Assembly (NCBI GenBank): GCA_040755455.1
Contig: JBFMAY010000024.1
Location: 1-63,452 of the forward strand
Length of the DNA: 63,452 bases
Source of the DNA: Thermodesulfobacteriota bacterium
Lineage (GTDB): Bacteria > Desulfobacterota > Desulfobulbia > Desulfobulbales > SURF-16
Direction of reading: 5' to 3'
Shown here: positions 17,171 to 27,254 of the stretch, one piece after another
How the letters are laid out: each line of letters starts with the position of its first letter
Numbering within the stretch: position 1 is the stretch's first letter
Notes under the pieces: model-generated
What the model saw: the letters and a program-made list of their open reading frames with translations, nothing else
The model's database searches: none
What the model was told of the DNA's origin: nothing
Made by a program: the position numbers and the translations under genes

Positions 17171-20020
17171 TCAAGCTTTGCTGTCCTCCATCGCATCACG
17201 GACCTTGCGTGCGAAATTATGCATGGTAAAAGGTTTCTGGACAAAATGTATCCCTTCCTTCAGCACCCCGTGCCGGACAATGACATTTTCCGTGTAGCCG
17301 GACATGAAGAGGACATTCAGTTCAGGCTTTATCATCTTTATCTTATCATATAACTCCGCCCCGCTCATCTGCGGCATCACCACATCTGTTATCAAAAGAT
17401 CAATGGGCGTGTCGTCTTTGTCAAAAAACGCCAGGGCCTCCAAGGGGGTCGCTGCCGTCACCACGGCATAGCCGATCTTTTTAAGAACCGAAACCGTCAT
17501 CCGGCGGACCATGTCATCGTCTTCAACCAACAGCACCGTGCCGTTACGAAATGGCAGGGAAGTTTCCCCGGTTGCCTTCTCCACCGCATCCTCATCCATG
17601 ATTCGGGGGATATAGATCTTAAACGAGCTCCCTTTTCCCGGCTCGCTATAGACGCTGATAAATCCGCCGTTCTGCTTGACAATCCCGTAAACGGTGGCGA
17701 GTCCCAGTCCCGTACCCTTGCCCACCTCTTTTGTGGTGAAGAATGGTTCAAAGACATGGGCGAGGATTTCATCGCCCATGCCGACCCCATTGTCGCTCAC
17801 TGCCAGCAATACGTAGTGACCGGGCCTGCACTCCACGTTCAAACTGCAGTAGAGCTCATCGAGATGAACATTGGCGGTTTCTATGGTCAGGACACCGCCG
17901 TCCGGCAGAGCGTCCCGGGCGTTAACCGCCAGGTTGATAAGAATCTGATCAATCTGGGTGGGATCAATTCTGATCTTCCATAAATCTTTTCCCGGGGAAA
18001 AACGCAACTCAATATTTTCGCCGATTAACTGAGCCAATGTCTTTTTTATATGAACAATCAGCTGGTTCAGATTCGTCGTCTTGGGGGCAATAATCTGCTT
18101 TCTGGAAAAGGCCAGGAGCTGGCGGGTGATGTCCCTGGAGTGCAGGCCCGCCTTTTCAATCTCCATGACATTCATTAACAGGGGATGCTCCGCGGGCAAA
18201 CTGTCTTTGACCAATTCCGCATGTCCCAGAATGACGCTGAGCATATTGTTGAAATCATGCGCTACGCCTCCGGCCAGTTGTCCGACGGCTTCCATCTTTT
18301 GTGATTGCAGCAGCTGGTCCTCAAGCTGCTTGCGTTCGGTGATATCGATGCCATAGGAAATGCAACCGGCAAAGGCCCCATCTTCGCACAGCTCGGCATT
18401 GCGGAATGATATGAAACGTTCCTCGCCCGCCTTGGTCAGAATGGGATTTTCAAATGACTGGGCCAGCCCCTCCTGCGCAGCCTTCTGGAAAACCTCCCAA
18501 ACCTTTGGATATTTATCCCTGGGGGCAAGCAACTCGAACCAGTTGCTGCCGAGCAGTTCATGCCGGCTGTAGCCGGTGATTTCCTCGGCTGCCTTATTAA
18601 CCACCCGGATCTGACCTTGGGCATTCAGTACCACGATCATCGCATTCGCCGATTCTATAAGCTTCTCGGCATAAGCTTTGGACCGTTGCAGTGCCGCCAC
18701 TGCCTTTCTTGCCTCTGTGATGTCACGGTGAATGATAACGGCATTTATAAGATTGCCGCTTTCATCCTTAACTGGAGAAATGGTCACATCAAGAATGACA
18801 TAAACCCCCCGGGCGGGCTGAATATGTTTTAGTTGCGCGCTGTCATATTCAATAGTGAAGTTGGCAGTTTTTCCCTCGTTGTAAACCGATTGCACCAAAG
18901 GGAGGTAACCCTGCTCAATGACAATATTGTCCTGCAAAACATTATATCTGCCAAGAACGTCCTCTTCCATGATATCTAGCAGATCACAGCACGCCTTGTT
19001 GATCCGGATTAAATTGCCTTTATCATCCGAAATCCATATGGGATGGGGATTTTGTTCAAAGATGTTATTGAGCAGACGTTCGCTTTTGCTTAATTCCGCC
19101 TCTGCCTGCTTGCGCTCGCTGATATCCTGCCCCATAAAGAGCAAACCTTTCGGACCAAATGGCACAAGATGACAATCGAGGAATACCCTTTTGCCAAAAC
19201 TGGATATGGTTGTCACTTCGAGGCGCTTGGCGGATTGTGTTCCGACAGCCATCCGGGCTGTGTTCAGCAAACCCGAACTCTGCCAGGATGCAATTTCATG
19301 ATAGTTTTGCCCGAGCACCTGTTGTTTGCTTGCGCCAATTATCTGGGTCAGGGAATCGTTAACCGCCAGGCATTGGCCGGATGCATCATAGATTGCGATG
19401 CCAACCGGCGATGCGGCAATGATGCCGGATAGTTTTTGCTCGCTCTCACGTAATGACTCTACCGCCTGCATACGGTCCGTGATCTCCAGCATGATCCCAT
19501 CCCAGACGATATCGCCGTTGGCCTGCAGCTCCGGACGGGACATGCAGTCATACCAGCGCACTTCGCCATTGACGATATGCCGCAATACTTCGCGCCAGGG
19601 GCGCAGTGTCTCAACTGATTGCCTGACCGACATATCAAATCTCGCACGATCATCAGGATGCATGAGGCTGATGATCAGGGAGGCATCGGCCATGAGATCT
19701 TCAGGTGCGATATCGAACAGCTTCTTTGATTCGCCGTTTACGTAAGGAAAGGAAAAACTTCCGTCGGCATGCCGAGCGAACAGGTATACCATGCCGGGAA
19801 TATTGGCCTGCAACCGGCGATATTTTTCTTCGCTCTCCCTGAGTGCAGCTTCGGTCTGCTTTTGCCCGGCGACTTGTGCCCCCATCTTTTCAATCAGTTG
19901 GTTGATTGCATCGGCGAGCCTGTCTGTTTCGTCATTCGTGTCAGAAGTCTCAACGCGCAAGGCAAAATCACCTTCCACCGCTTTGCGAACAACCTCAATT
20001 AGTTTGCTGATACGATTCAT
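17171..20020 (-). CDS. hybrid sensor histidine kinase: HAMP-like, four PAS domains, HisKA/HATPase, receiver
   Basis: [45 protein letters not shown]...LLITDVVMP; four PAS/PAC ends (D/E-I-T/S); no transmembrane segment. Confidence 0.93.
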   Translation of the reverse strand: MNRISKLIEVVRKAVEGDFALRVETSDTNDETDRLADAINQLIEKMGAQVAGQKQTEAALRESEEKYRRLQANIPGMVYLFARHADGSFSFPYVNGESKKLFDIAPEDLMADASLIISLMHPDDRARFDMSVRQSVETLRPWREVLRHIVNGEVRWYDCMSRPELQANGDIVWDGIMLEITDRMQAVESLRESEQKLSGIIAASPVGIAIYDASGQCLAVNDSLTQIIGASKQQVLGQNYHEIASWQSSGLLNTARMAVGTQSAKRLEVTTISSFGKRVFLDCHLVPFGPKGLLFMGQDISERKQAEAELSKSERLLNNIFEQNPHPIWISDDKGNLIRINKACCDLLDIMEEDVLGRYNVLQDNIVIEQGYLPLVQSVYNEGKTANFTIEYDSAQLKHIQPARGVYVILDVTISPVKDESGNLINAVIIHRDITEARKAVAALQRSKAYAEKLIESANAMIVVLNAQGQIRVVNKAAEEITGYSRHELLGSNWFELLAPRDKYPKVWEVFQKAAQEGLAQSFENPILTKAGEERFISFRNAELCEDGAFAGCISYGIDITERKQLEDQLLQSQKMEAVGQLAGGVAHDFNNMLSVILGHAELVKDSLPAEHPLLMNVMEIEKAGLHSRDITRQLLAFSRKQIIAPKTTNLNQLIVHIKKTLAQLIGENIELRFSPGKDLWKIRIDPTQIDQILINLAVNARDALPDGGVLTIETANVHLDELYCSLNVECRPGHYVLLAVSDNGVGMGDEILAHVFEPFFTTKEVGKGTGLGLATVYGIVKQNGGFISVYSEPGKGSSFKIYIPRIMDEDAVEKATGETSLPFRNGTVLLVEDDDMVRRMTVSVLKKIGYAVVTAATPLEALAFFDKDDTPIDLLITDVVMPQMSGAELYDKIKMIKPELNVLFMSGYTENVIVRHGVLKEGIHFVQKPFTMHNFARKVRDAMEDSKA

Positions 20021-20448
20021 TGTTTATTCTTCACCCATATCTCTTACCCACAGTGAGCAAACCAGGTTATTACCTGAACCGGCTTTAAAAAAGCTCTCTG
20101 TTTTTCTGCAGGCCAATTTGCATTTCTCCCTCTGCGTCACAATGTGCCATCTCCAACAATTTTTGCACGTTGCCTAACAAAAAGCAAAGGGAAAACAAAT
20201 GAAATGATGATAGCTCATTGCCCCAAGGCATCAGACCGCATTATCAGGCAGGGGAAAATTGACGCAAAGACAAAATCAGTTGGCACTCACCCGAGATGCT
20301 CAAGGCCATTGCTGCCGTCAAGAAGAAAAACAAGATGAATTCCGTGCCATCTGGGCGCTGGTCATGGAATTTTTGGATCATGGAATGAAAGGCGCTGCGG
20401 AAAAGGGATGCCGGCAAAGCCTTGGAAATGAGCAAAATTCCCCGCAAG

Positions 20449-20730
20449 TTACCAGCCCAAATACTCAGTGCGAAGACCTGCATTCCCAGCCGCCAGCAAT
20501 TGCCTGCTATCCGAGGTGACAAACAGGTCAGGCCGCCACTCAAGCGCGCAAGCCACAGGCAGGGCGTCCATTGCCCGCAGGCTGCCGTTCTCCAGCAGCC
20601 TTACCGAACGGGAGACCACGGCGGGCGTAATCTGCAAAATCGTTGCATCATGAACATCAGCCAGCAATTGCCTCTTGGCCGCCCGGTAATCCGCGGCAGT
20701 CAGTGCCCCTTCCCGCATGCTCTTGGCGCG
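20449..20730 (-). pseudogene. 5'-truncated PIN-domain (VapC-type) toxin
   Basis: LRAMDAL(P)VACAL...LFVTSDSRQLLAA matches the PIN C-terminal half; the N-terminal acidic motif and an antitoxin gene are absent. Confidence 0.7.
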
Positions 20731-20944
20731 GGGATTTTTATAATTTTATGCGTCCCCATCGCCCCCACATTAGAGGGAGTTCATCGAGTCACCGGTGCTG
20801 TCGGTGGTTAATACTATCAAATAGATGTGGCAATTTGCCTCTTTGCAAGCATTAAAGTTTATTGTAATTTGCGCGTTAGGATGGCGGGCAGGAAACTCAA
20901 ACCTGCCGCAATTGGTGAATGAAATGATACGGAAATACGTGAGA

Positions 20945-20987
20945 AAGCCGAGTTACTCCTGATGGTAACCCGGCTTTGCTTTTTTTG
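20945..20987 (+). terminator. intrinsic terminator-like hairpin upstream of the repeat-protein gene
   Basis: AAAGCCGAGTTAC-TCCTGATG-GTAACCCGGCTTT followed by GC and a T-run. Confidence 0.55.
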
Positions 20988-21092
20988 GGGGGGGGAAGGA
21001 ACGGCCGGGCCGGTTTGCCTGGAAACACGGGCAAAGGAGAAAAGAGGAGGCAGGCGTTTGGTGACGTGGGCTTAAGTTTAGGGAGGACTTTT

Positions 21093-23921
21093 ATGGTTCA
21101 TTACAGCATTATTCAGGGTTGTCGTTGGTTTATGGCGATGGTATTCGCCAGTCTTGTTTTGTTTTTGGTAAACGGCATGGCAAATGCCGGTATCAATGAG
21201 TGGACCAGCAATGGGCCGGGTGGGGGGCATATTTTAGCCCTTGCTATTGATCCTGTTACTCCGACAACACTTTATGCTGGTACTGAAAGTAATGGAATAT
21301 TCAAGAGCGTTGATGGTGGCTACAGCTGGACTGTGGTAAATACAAGATTACCCATTATTGTCCTTGCCATAGATCCTGCTACACCAACAACACTCTATGC
21401 CGGTATCGATAGTGGTGGAGTATTTAAAAGCATTGATGGCGGCGACTACTGGACTGCGGTGAATACAGGATTACCTGATTACACCTCTATTAATGCCCTG
21501 GGGATAAATCCAGATACTCCCAGCATACTCTATGCCGGCACTGATGATGGTGTATTCAAGAGCATTGATGGCGGCGGCCACTGGACTGAGGTCAATACAG
21601 GATTAACTGACACCTGGGTTAGAGCCCTTGCCATAGATCCTGCTACACCAATGAAACTTTATGTCGGCACCTGGGGTGGTGGAGTGTTCAAGAGCATTGA
21701 TGGCGGCGACCACTGGACTGCGGTGAATACAGGATTACCTGATTACACCTATGTCCGTGCCCTTGCCATAGATCCTGCTACAGCAGATACACTCTATGTC
21801 GGTACCTGGGGTGGTGGAGTATTCAAGAGCATTAATGGCGGCGGCAGCTGGATTGCGGTGAATACAGGATTAACCAATACCTCGGTCAATGCCCTTGCTA
21901 TAGATCCTGCTATACCAACTACAATATACGCCGCCACCAGTTGGAGTGGTGGGGTATTCAAGAGCATTAATGGCGGCGGCAGCTGGATTGCGGTGAATAC
22001 AGGATTAACTGACACCAATGTCATCACCCTTGTCATTGATGCTGATACACCGGCTACAATATACGCCGGCACTGATGGGGGCGGTGGAGTGTTCAAGAGC
22101 ATTGATGGCAGTGGCAGCTGGACTGCTGTTAATACAGGATTAACAAATACCACTGTCATTGCCCTTGTCATAGATCCTGCTACTCCAGCTACAATCTATG
22201 CCGGTACCGATTTGTGTGGGGTATTCAAGAGCATTGATGGCGGCGGCAGCTGGATTGCGATGAATACAGGATTACCTGGCTACACCACTATTAATGCCTT
22301 GGTGATAGACTCAGCTACCCCCACCACACTCTATGCCGGTACCGAAGGTTATGGAATATTCAAGAGCATTGATGGCGGCGGCCACTGGACTGCGGTCAAT
22401 ACAGGATTAACTGACACCTGGGTTAGAGCCCTTGCCATAGATCCTGTTACTCCAACTACAATTTATGTCGGTACCGAGGATGGTGGCGTTTTCAAGAGTA
22501 TTGATGGCGGTGTTAGCTGGACTGCCGTTTGTACTGGATTACTCGACTACAATGTTCGTTCCCTTGCCATAGATCCTACTGCACCAACGACAATCTACGC
22601 CGGCACTGGTGGGGGTGGGGGAGTGCTTAAGAGCACAAATGGCGGCGGCAGTTGGACTGCGGTGAATACCGGATTAACTGCCACCAATGTCAATGTCCTG
22701 GCCATCGACCCCGCCAACCCCAGCATAATCTATGTCGGCACCAACGCTGGAGGGGTGTTCAAGAGCATTGATGGCGGCGGCAGTTGGACGGCAGTTAATA
22801 CAGGATTAACTAGCATCTATGTCTATGCCTTTGCCATCGATCCAAATACATCAACAATAATCTATGCCGGAACCTGGGGTGGTGGGGTATTTATGAGCAT
22901 CAATGGCGGCGACAGCTGGACCGACTTTAATATTGGTGGGTTAACCAACACCATTGTCCTAGCCCTGTCCATTGATCCTGCTACGCCTTCAATAATCTAT
23001 GCCGGCACCTCAGGTGGAGGTGTATTCGATAATTATCAGACAGGTGTTCCCCCATCAGCCCCCTCATCGTTGGTGGCTAAAGCCATTTCCGCGTCAAGCA
23101 TCGTGCTTACATGGAAGGACAACGCCAGCGATGAAGCAGGTTTCAAGATAGAGAGGAAAATAGGAACATGCGACGTTGTCAACGCCTGGTCACGGATCGC
23201 AACATTAGGGGAAAATGCGATCACCTTGACCAGTACGGGACTGTCAGCCAATACCTCCTATTCCTATCGGGTGAGGGCCTATAATGAAGCGGGCAACTCT
23301 TCATATTCCAACTGCGCGGCGGCAAAAACAGCCATTGCCGGAACACCCAAGGCGCCAACCAACCTCAATGCCGTGTCCCTGTCCACAAGTCAGATTAAAT
23401 TGACTTGGAAGGATAACTCAACTAACGAGACGAGTTTCAAGGTGTATAGAAAAGTGGGGACGAATTCTTGGGCTCTTCTCGCGACAAAGTTGGCGAACGC
23501 GGTGAGCCACACTGATAGTACCGCAAGCGGTAATACTGCAACAATACCTTACAGTTATTATTTAAAGGCATGCAACAGCAGCGGTTGTTCCCCAGTAACC
23601 AATTTTGCCGTTGTTCCTTACATGCCCAAAAGTCTTGTTGCGACTGCCGCATCATCAAGTCAGATAAACCTCACCTGGGCTGACAAAAGTACCAATGAGA
23701 CAGGGTTTAAGATACACAGGAAATCCGGCTTATGTAATTCAATCAGTCTTTGGAGCCTGCTGGCTACGGTTGGAGCAAACAGGAAATCATACAGCAATAC
23801 CGGACTTTCTTCAGATGTTACTTATTCCTACAAAGTGAGGTCATTTTACAGATCATTTGCGCAACCCTATGCGTTTGGATATTCACTCTTTTCAAATTGT
23901 GATTATGCGACAACGCCATGA
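21093..23921 (+). CDS. secreted Asp-box/BNR beta-propeller repeat protein with three fibronectin type III domains
   Basis: AGGGAGG RBS and signal peptide. 13 S.(D/N)GG..W Asp-boxes lie within ~14 units of ~44 aa (ALAIDPATP..IYAGT..GVFKSIDGG.SW.AVNTGL), followed by three L(T)W.D.S.NE.GF.I.R FN3 units. Confidence 0.88.
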   Translation: MVHYSIIQGCRWFMAMVFASLVLFLVNGMANAGINEWTSNGPGGGHILALAIDPVTPTTLYAGTESNGIFKSVDGGYSWTVVNTRLPIIVLAIDPATPTTLYAGIDSGGVFKSIDGGDYWTAVNTGLPDYTSINALGINPDTPSILYAGTDDGVFKSIDGGGHWTEVNTGLTDTWVRALAIDPATPMKLYVGTWGGGVFKSIDGGDHWTAVNTGLPDYTYVRALAIDPATADTLYVGTWGGGVFKSINGGGSWIAVNTGLTNTSVNALAIDPAIPTTIYAATSWSGGVFKSINGGGSWIAVNTGLTDTNVITLVIDADTPATIYAGTDGGGGVFKSIDGSGSWTAVNTGLTNTTVIALVIDPATPATIYAGTDLCGVFKSIDGGGSWIAMNTGLPGYTTINALVIDSATPTTLYAGTEGYGIFKSIDGGGHWTAVNTGLTDTWVRALAIDPVTPTTIYVGTEDGGVFKSIDGGVSWTAVCTGLLDYNVRSLAIDPTAPTTIYAGTGGGGGVLKSTNGGGSWTAVNTGLTATNVNVLAIDPANPSIIYVGTNAGGVFKSIDGGGSWTAVNTGLTSIYVYAFAIDPNTSTIIYAGTWGGGVFMSINGGDSWTDFNIGGLTNTIVLALSIDPATPSIIYAGTSGGGVFDNYQTGVPPSAPSSLVAKAISASSIVLTWKDNASDEAGFKIERKIGTCDVVNAWSRIATLGENAITLTSTGLSANTSYSYRVRAYNEAGNSSYSNCAAAKTAIAGTPKAPTNLNAVSLSTSQIKLTWKDNSTNETSFKVYRKVGTNSWALLATKLANAVSHTDSTASGNTATIPYSYYLKACNSSGCSPVTNFAVVPYMPKSLVATAASSSQINLTWADKSTNETGFKIHRKSGLCNSISLWSLLATVGANRKSYSNTGLSSDVTYSYKVRSFYRSFAQPYAFGYSLFSNCDYATTP

Positions 23922-24106
23922 GTAGGTGAATATTTATCACCTTTGGTAGATTTTTTAGGGTAAGACGGGTTTTGGTCAGATAGTGGGACATGCTGTAAAT
24001 CTCGCGGTGGTACATATCCAGTTCGACACACTGCTTGGTGAGGTTTTCGTATTTTTATCCAGCCCCCGATATCATTCCCTTAACGCCTGGCCGGGTTAAC
24101 GAGAAA

Positions 24107-24133
24107 CAGGGCGGGCATAAAACCCGCCCCTGC
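24107..24133. repeat. REP-like palindrome
   Basis: GGGCGGGCATAAAACCCGCCCCTGC between convergent genes. Confidence 0.5.
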
Positions 24134-24151
24134 GCCACGGAGCGCCCACAC

Positions 24152-25474
24152 TCACTCCAGCCCCGCACTCACCTTGTCGCCCCGGATGTCATCTTTAAAC
24201 AGGGCGATGCCCCGTTCCATGGCGCAGAAATCGCCGCACATGGTGCAGGTTTGCTGATTGGCCGGGGTGCGGCTCTGGCGGATGATCGCCGCCTCGGCCG
24301 GGAACATGAGGAGCCGCAGGTGCTCATCCCAGCGCATGTCCCGCCGGGCCATGGCCACGGCCTTCTCCCGCTGCCGGCGCTCCGGGTACTTGGCGATATC
24401 GCCGATGCGGGCCGCAAGCCTGGTGGCCCGCACCCCCTGGCGCACATCATCCTCGCTGGGCAGGGCCAGGTGCTCGGCCGGGGTGATGTAGCAGATCAGA
24501 TCCGCGCCATGGCGGGCGGAGCTTGCCGCGCCGATGGCCGCGGTGATGTGGTCGTAGCCCGCCCCGCTGTCCGCCGGGAGCGGCCCCAGCACGTAATAGG
24601 GGGCGTTGCCGCTCATCCTCTTTTCCAGCAGGATATTGGCCTCGATCTCATCAAGCGGCACATGACCCGGCCCTTCCACCATCATCTGGCAGCCCATGTC
24701 CCGGCCGATCTCGGCCAGCTCGCAGTTGATGATCATCTCCGCCATCTGGGCCCGGTCATGGCTGTCGTGGATGGCCCCGGCCCGCAGGCCGTTGCCCAGG
24801 GACAGCACCGCGTCGTATTTTTTCATCAGCCCGCACACCCGGTCAAACTGCTCGTACAGGGGGTTTTCCCGGTTATGGTACTCCATCCAGGAAACCATGA
24901 AGGTGCCGCCCTTGGACACCAGGCCGCCGTAGCGGAAGCCCTGGCGGCGCAGGCGATCGATGCTGAAGCGGTTGATGCCGCAGTGGATGGCCATGAAGCT
25001 GATGCCGTCGGCCAGCTGGCGCTCGATGAGCTCGAAAAGATACTCGGGGTCAAGCTTGTTGGGATTGCGGTACTGGCGCGCCGCCTCGGAAAAGGCCTGA
25101 TAGAGCGGGACATTGCCCACCGGCAGCGAGGTTGTTGCCAGGATCTCCCGGCGGATGTCGTCGAGCCTCCCGCCGGTGGACAGCTCCATCAGGGTGTCGG
25201 CCCCTTCGTCTTCCGCGATGCGGGCCTTGCGCTTTTCCAGTTCCAGGTCAGCGATGTCCGATGAGGTGCCGATGGAGGCATTGACCTTGGTCCGCAGTCC
25301 GCGGCCGATGCCGACGATCCTCTGGCCGGGGCGGCCGGGGTTGTTCAGGATGACGATCTCGCCTGCCGCCACCCCGGCCCTGATCTGCTCCACATCACCC
25401 TCTTCATCGCGGGCCACCTGCCGCATCTGCGGGGTGACGACCCCTTGCCGCGCCAGTTCAAGCTGGGTTTTCAT
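24152..25474 (-). CDS. bzaF: ThiC-family radical SAM enzyme, most likely 5-hydroxybenzimidazole synthase BzaF
   Basis: TKVNASIGTS, GADTLMELSTGG, SLGNGLRAG, MVEGPGHVP, GYDHITAAIG, C-terminal CTMCGDFC. It is a single short ThiC paralog under a cobalamin rather than a TPP riboswitch. Confidence 0.8.
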   Translation of the reverse strand: MKTQLELARQGVVTPQMRQVARDEEGDVEQIRAGVAAGEIVILNNPGRPGQRIVGIGRGLRTKVNASIGTSSDIADLELEKRKARIAEDEGADTLMELSTGGRLDDIRREILATTSLPVGNVPLYQAFSEAARQYRNPNKLDPEYLFELIERQLADGISFMAIHCGINRFSIDRLRRQGFRYGGLVSKGGTFMVSWMEYHNRENPLYEQFDRVCGLMKKYDAVLSLGNGLRAGAIHDSHDRAQMAEMIINCELAEIGRDMGCQMMVEGPGHVPLDEIEANILLEKRMSGNAPYYVLGPLPADSGAGYDHITAAIGAASSARHGADLICYITPAEHLALPSEDDVRQGVRATRLAARIGDIAKYPERRQREKAVAMARRDMRWDEHLRLLMFPAEAAIIRQSRTPANQQTCTMCGDFCAMERGIALFKDDIRGDKVSAGLE

Positions 25475-25509
25475 ACTCTCTGCTCCTTTATTGCTGTTGT
25501 CCTGCGGGC

Positions 25510-25562
25510 AAAAAAAAATCCGTGCTGCACAAACCGCAAAAGCGATTTCCGCAACACGGATT
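25510..25562 (-). terminator. riboswitch expression-platform terminator
   Basis: Minus strand AATCCGTGTTGC...GCAGCACGGATT followed by a T-run, between the aptamer and the ATG. Confidence 0.75.
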
Positions 25563-25579
25563 CAGGACGTTTCCATGGT

Positions 25580-25762
25580 ATTTGATCCCGGCAGGTCTTC
25601 TGGCTTGCAGATCGTCCCGCCACCACGCCTTCCCGTAATAAACTACAGTGGCTTCATGTGGTATCAGTCCCTGCTTACAGCGCTGGCCCAACGTTACGGA
25701 TTTGCACCGTATTCCCTTTTCACCGCCGGCCCGGAGACCGGCGGCACCGTGATCATCTCTGT
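25580..25762 (-). ncRNA. cobalamin riboswitch
   Basis: Minus strand GGTG...AAAAGGGAATACGGTGCAAATCCGTAAC...GCTGTAAGC...GCCACTG...GGGAAGG...AAGCCAGAAGACCTGCC (B12 box). Confidence 0.95.
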
Positions 25763-25805
25763 CAAGGGCACGAGAATTACCGAATCAGACAAAGAATGCA
25801 AGCCA

Positions 25806-25845
25806 AAAAAAACGGCGGCCGGCAATCAGTATTGACCGCCGCCTC
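25806..25845 (-). terminator. intrinsic terminator overlapping the RRM gene stop
   Basis: Minus strand GGCGGCGGTCAAT...ATTGCCGGCCGCC then GTTTTTTT. Confidence 0.6.
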
Positions 25846-26179
25846 TTCTTCCTTCACCACCCTGTCTTCCGCCGCCGCGTCCGCCGCCGCGTCCGCCGCC
25901 GCCACCACCGGGACGTCCGCCGCGGCTGGGTTTATCCGCCCGTGGCCTGGCCTCATTCACAGTGAGCGTTCTTCCGCCGAGATCCTTTTCATGTAGGCCG
26001 GTGATCGCCGCCTGCGCTTCAGCTTGGGCGGGCATCTCGACGAAACCAAATCCTTTCGATTTCCCGGTGAACTGATCTTTAATAATGGTGGCCGACTCAA
26101 CCTCGCCGAATGCCTTGAAAGCGCCTCGTAATTCCTCTTCCGTGACCTGGTACGACAAATTGCCTACATAGATTTTCAT
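25826..26179 (-). CDS. RRM RNA-binding protein with Gly/Arg-rich tail
   Basis: RNP2 IYVGNL, RNP1 KGFGFVEM, VNEARPR, RGG-rich tail. Confidence 0.95.
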   Translation of the reverse strand: MKIYVGNLSYQVTEEELRGAFKAFGEVESATIIKDQFTGKSKGFGFVEMPAQAEAQAAITGLHEKDLGGRTLTVNEARPRADKPSRGGRPGGGGGGRGGGRGGGRQGGEGRRGGGQY

Positions 26180-26372
26180 TTGGTTCCCCTCGTTGAAGTA
26201 CAATCCGCTGCCGGATTGCGCCGATCATGTGACCACGCAGAAAAGGCTGACAGACAATGCGCCCCTTCCTGGTCTCTCTATTGTTCTAAGATCTCTATAG
26301 CACATAGTTTTTTTGCGATCTATTTTTTTCTTTGTCCGGCCTGCGGAAATATCCTGGGATTTCGTCTCATTT

Positions 26373-26987
26373 TCAGCCGGATCCCGTTCTGCGCTTGCGT
26401 TTGCGCACGGAAAAGCCGAAACGGCCGATGACCGGCCCCAGGGCGAAATACTGGCCGAGGCCATAGGCCAGCAGCCCGGCTTTGTCCAGCCGGAATTTGC
26501 CCCTGGCGTCCAGCAGGGCCGAGGTGACCTGCACGGCAACCACCTCGGCCAGAAACAGGGTATGGGTGCCCAGCGGCAATGACTGCCGCACCCGGCATTC
26601 AATATTGATGGGACATTCCAGGATGATCGGGCATTGCAGCTTAAGGGCCGGGGCCGGCGTCAGGCCGGACTCGGCGAACTTGTCCACACTGCGGCCGGAG
26701 ACCATGCCGCACCAGTCCGTGATCCTGGCCTGCTGCGCGGACGGGACATTGACGGCAAACTCCCCGCTGCCCGCGATGATTTCGTGGGAATGGCGCTCTG
26801 GCCGGACGGAGATGGACAGCATGGGCGGATCACTGCACACGCTGCCGGTCCAGGCGATGGTGATGATGTTCGGCCGCCATTGCTCCGTGCCGCCGCAGCT
26901 GACCAGCACCACCGGCAGCGGCGCCAGGACATTGCCCGGCTTCCAGGACTGCTTCTCTATTCGTTCTCTTCTTGCCACTCGTTTCAT
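26373..26987 (-). CDS. flavin reductase (DIM6/NTAB) family protein
   Basis: PLPVVLVSC, NIITIAWTG, PPMLSISVRPERHS, EFAVN, ECPINIEC, GTHTLF. Confidence 0.9.
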   Translation of the reverse strand: MKRVARRERIEKQSWKPGNVLAPLPVVLVSCGGTEQWRPNIITIAWTGSVCSDPPMLSISVRPERHSHEIIAGSGEFAVNVPSAQQARITDWCGMVSGRSVDKFAESGLTPAPALKLQCPIILECPINIECRVRQSLPLGTHTLFLAEVVAVQVTSALLDARGKFRLDKAGLLAYGLGQYFALGPVIGRFGFSVRKRKRRTGSG

Positions 26988-27254
26988 CCTTCAGGCCGGA
27001 TATCCAGCCGGCCTCCCCCTATTTTGCCTTGGCCGCAAAATACCAGTCAAACAAAGCACGGCCCGGCAGCAGCCTTGCAGCACAAGAGCCCATCACCGGG
27101 TTCAGGTTGCCAAGAGATGTCATGTATCGAAAAATTTTCCAAGGGCCCGCAAGGGAAAAAGATTAGCCGGTTTACTTTTCGCGTTGATTTTGCTAAAGAA
27201 ATAATAGTAACACTGAATGACTGCATAAAGAAATGAAAAAAAATTCAGGTTGGC

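Noticed and set aside
21240..23030. CRISPR array or diversity-generating retroelement
   Set aside because: The repeats are in-frame coding units with no unique spacers, there is no adenine-specific TR/VR pattern, and no cas or reverse transcriptase gene is in the window.
23922..24060. Protein-like minus-strand fragment (YENLTKQCVELDMYHREIYSMSHYL...)
   Set aside because: No recognisable family and no clear start; it may be a gene relic but cannot be supported.
24152..25474. thiC (thiamine biosynthesis)
   Set aside because: The upstream element is a cobalamin riboswitch, not a TPP riboswitch, which favours bzaF.
25850..25925. GCC-rich tandem repeat as a non-coding element
   Set aside because: Explained by the Gly/Arg codons of the RRM protein tail.
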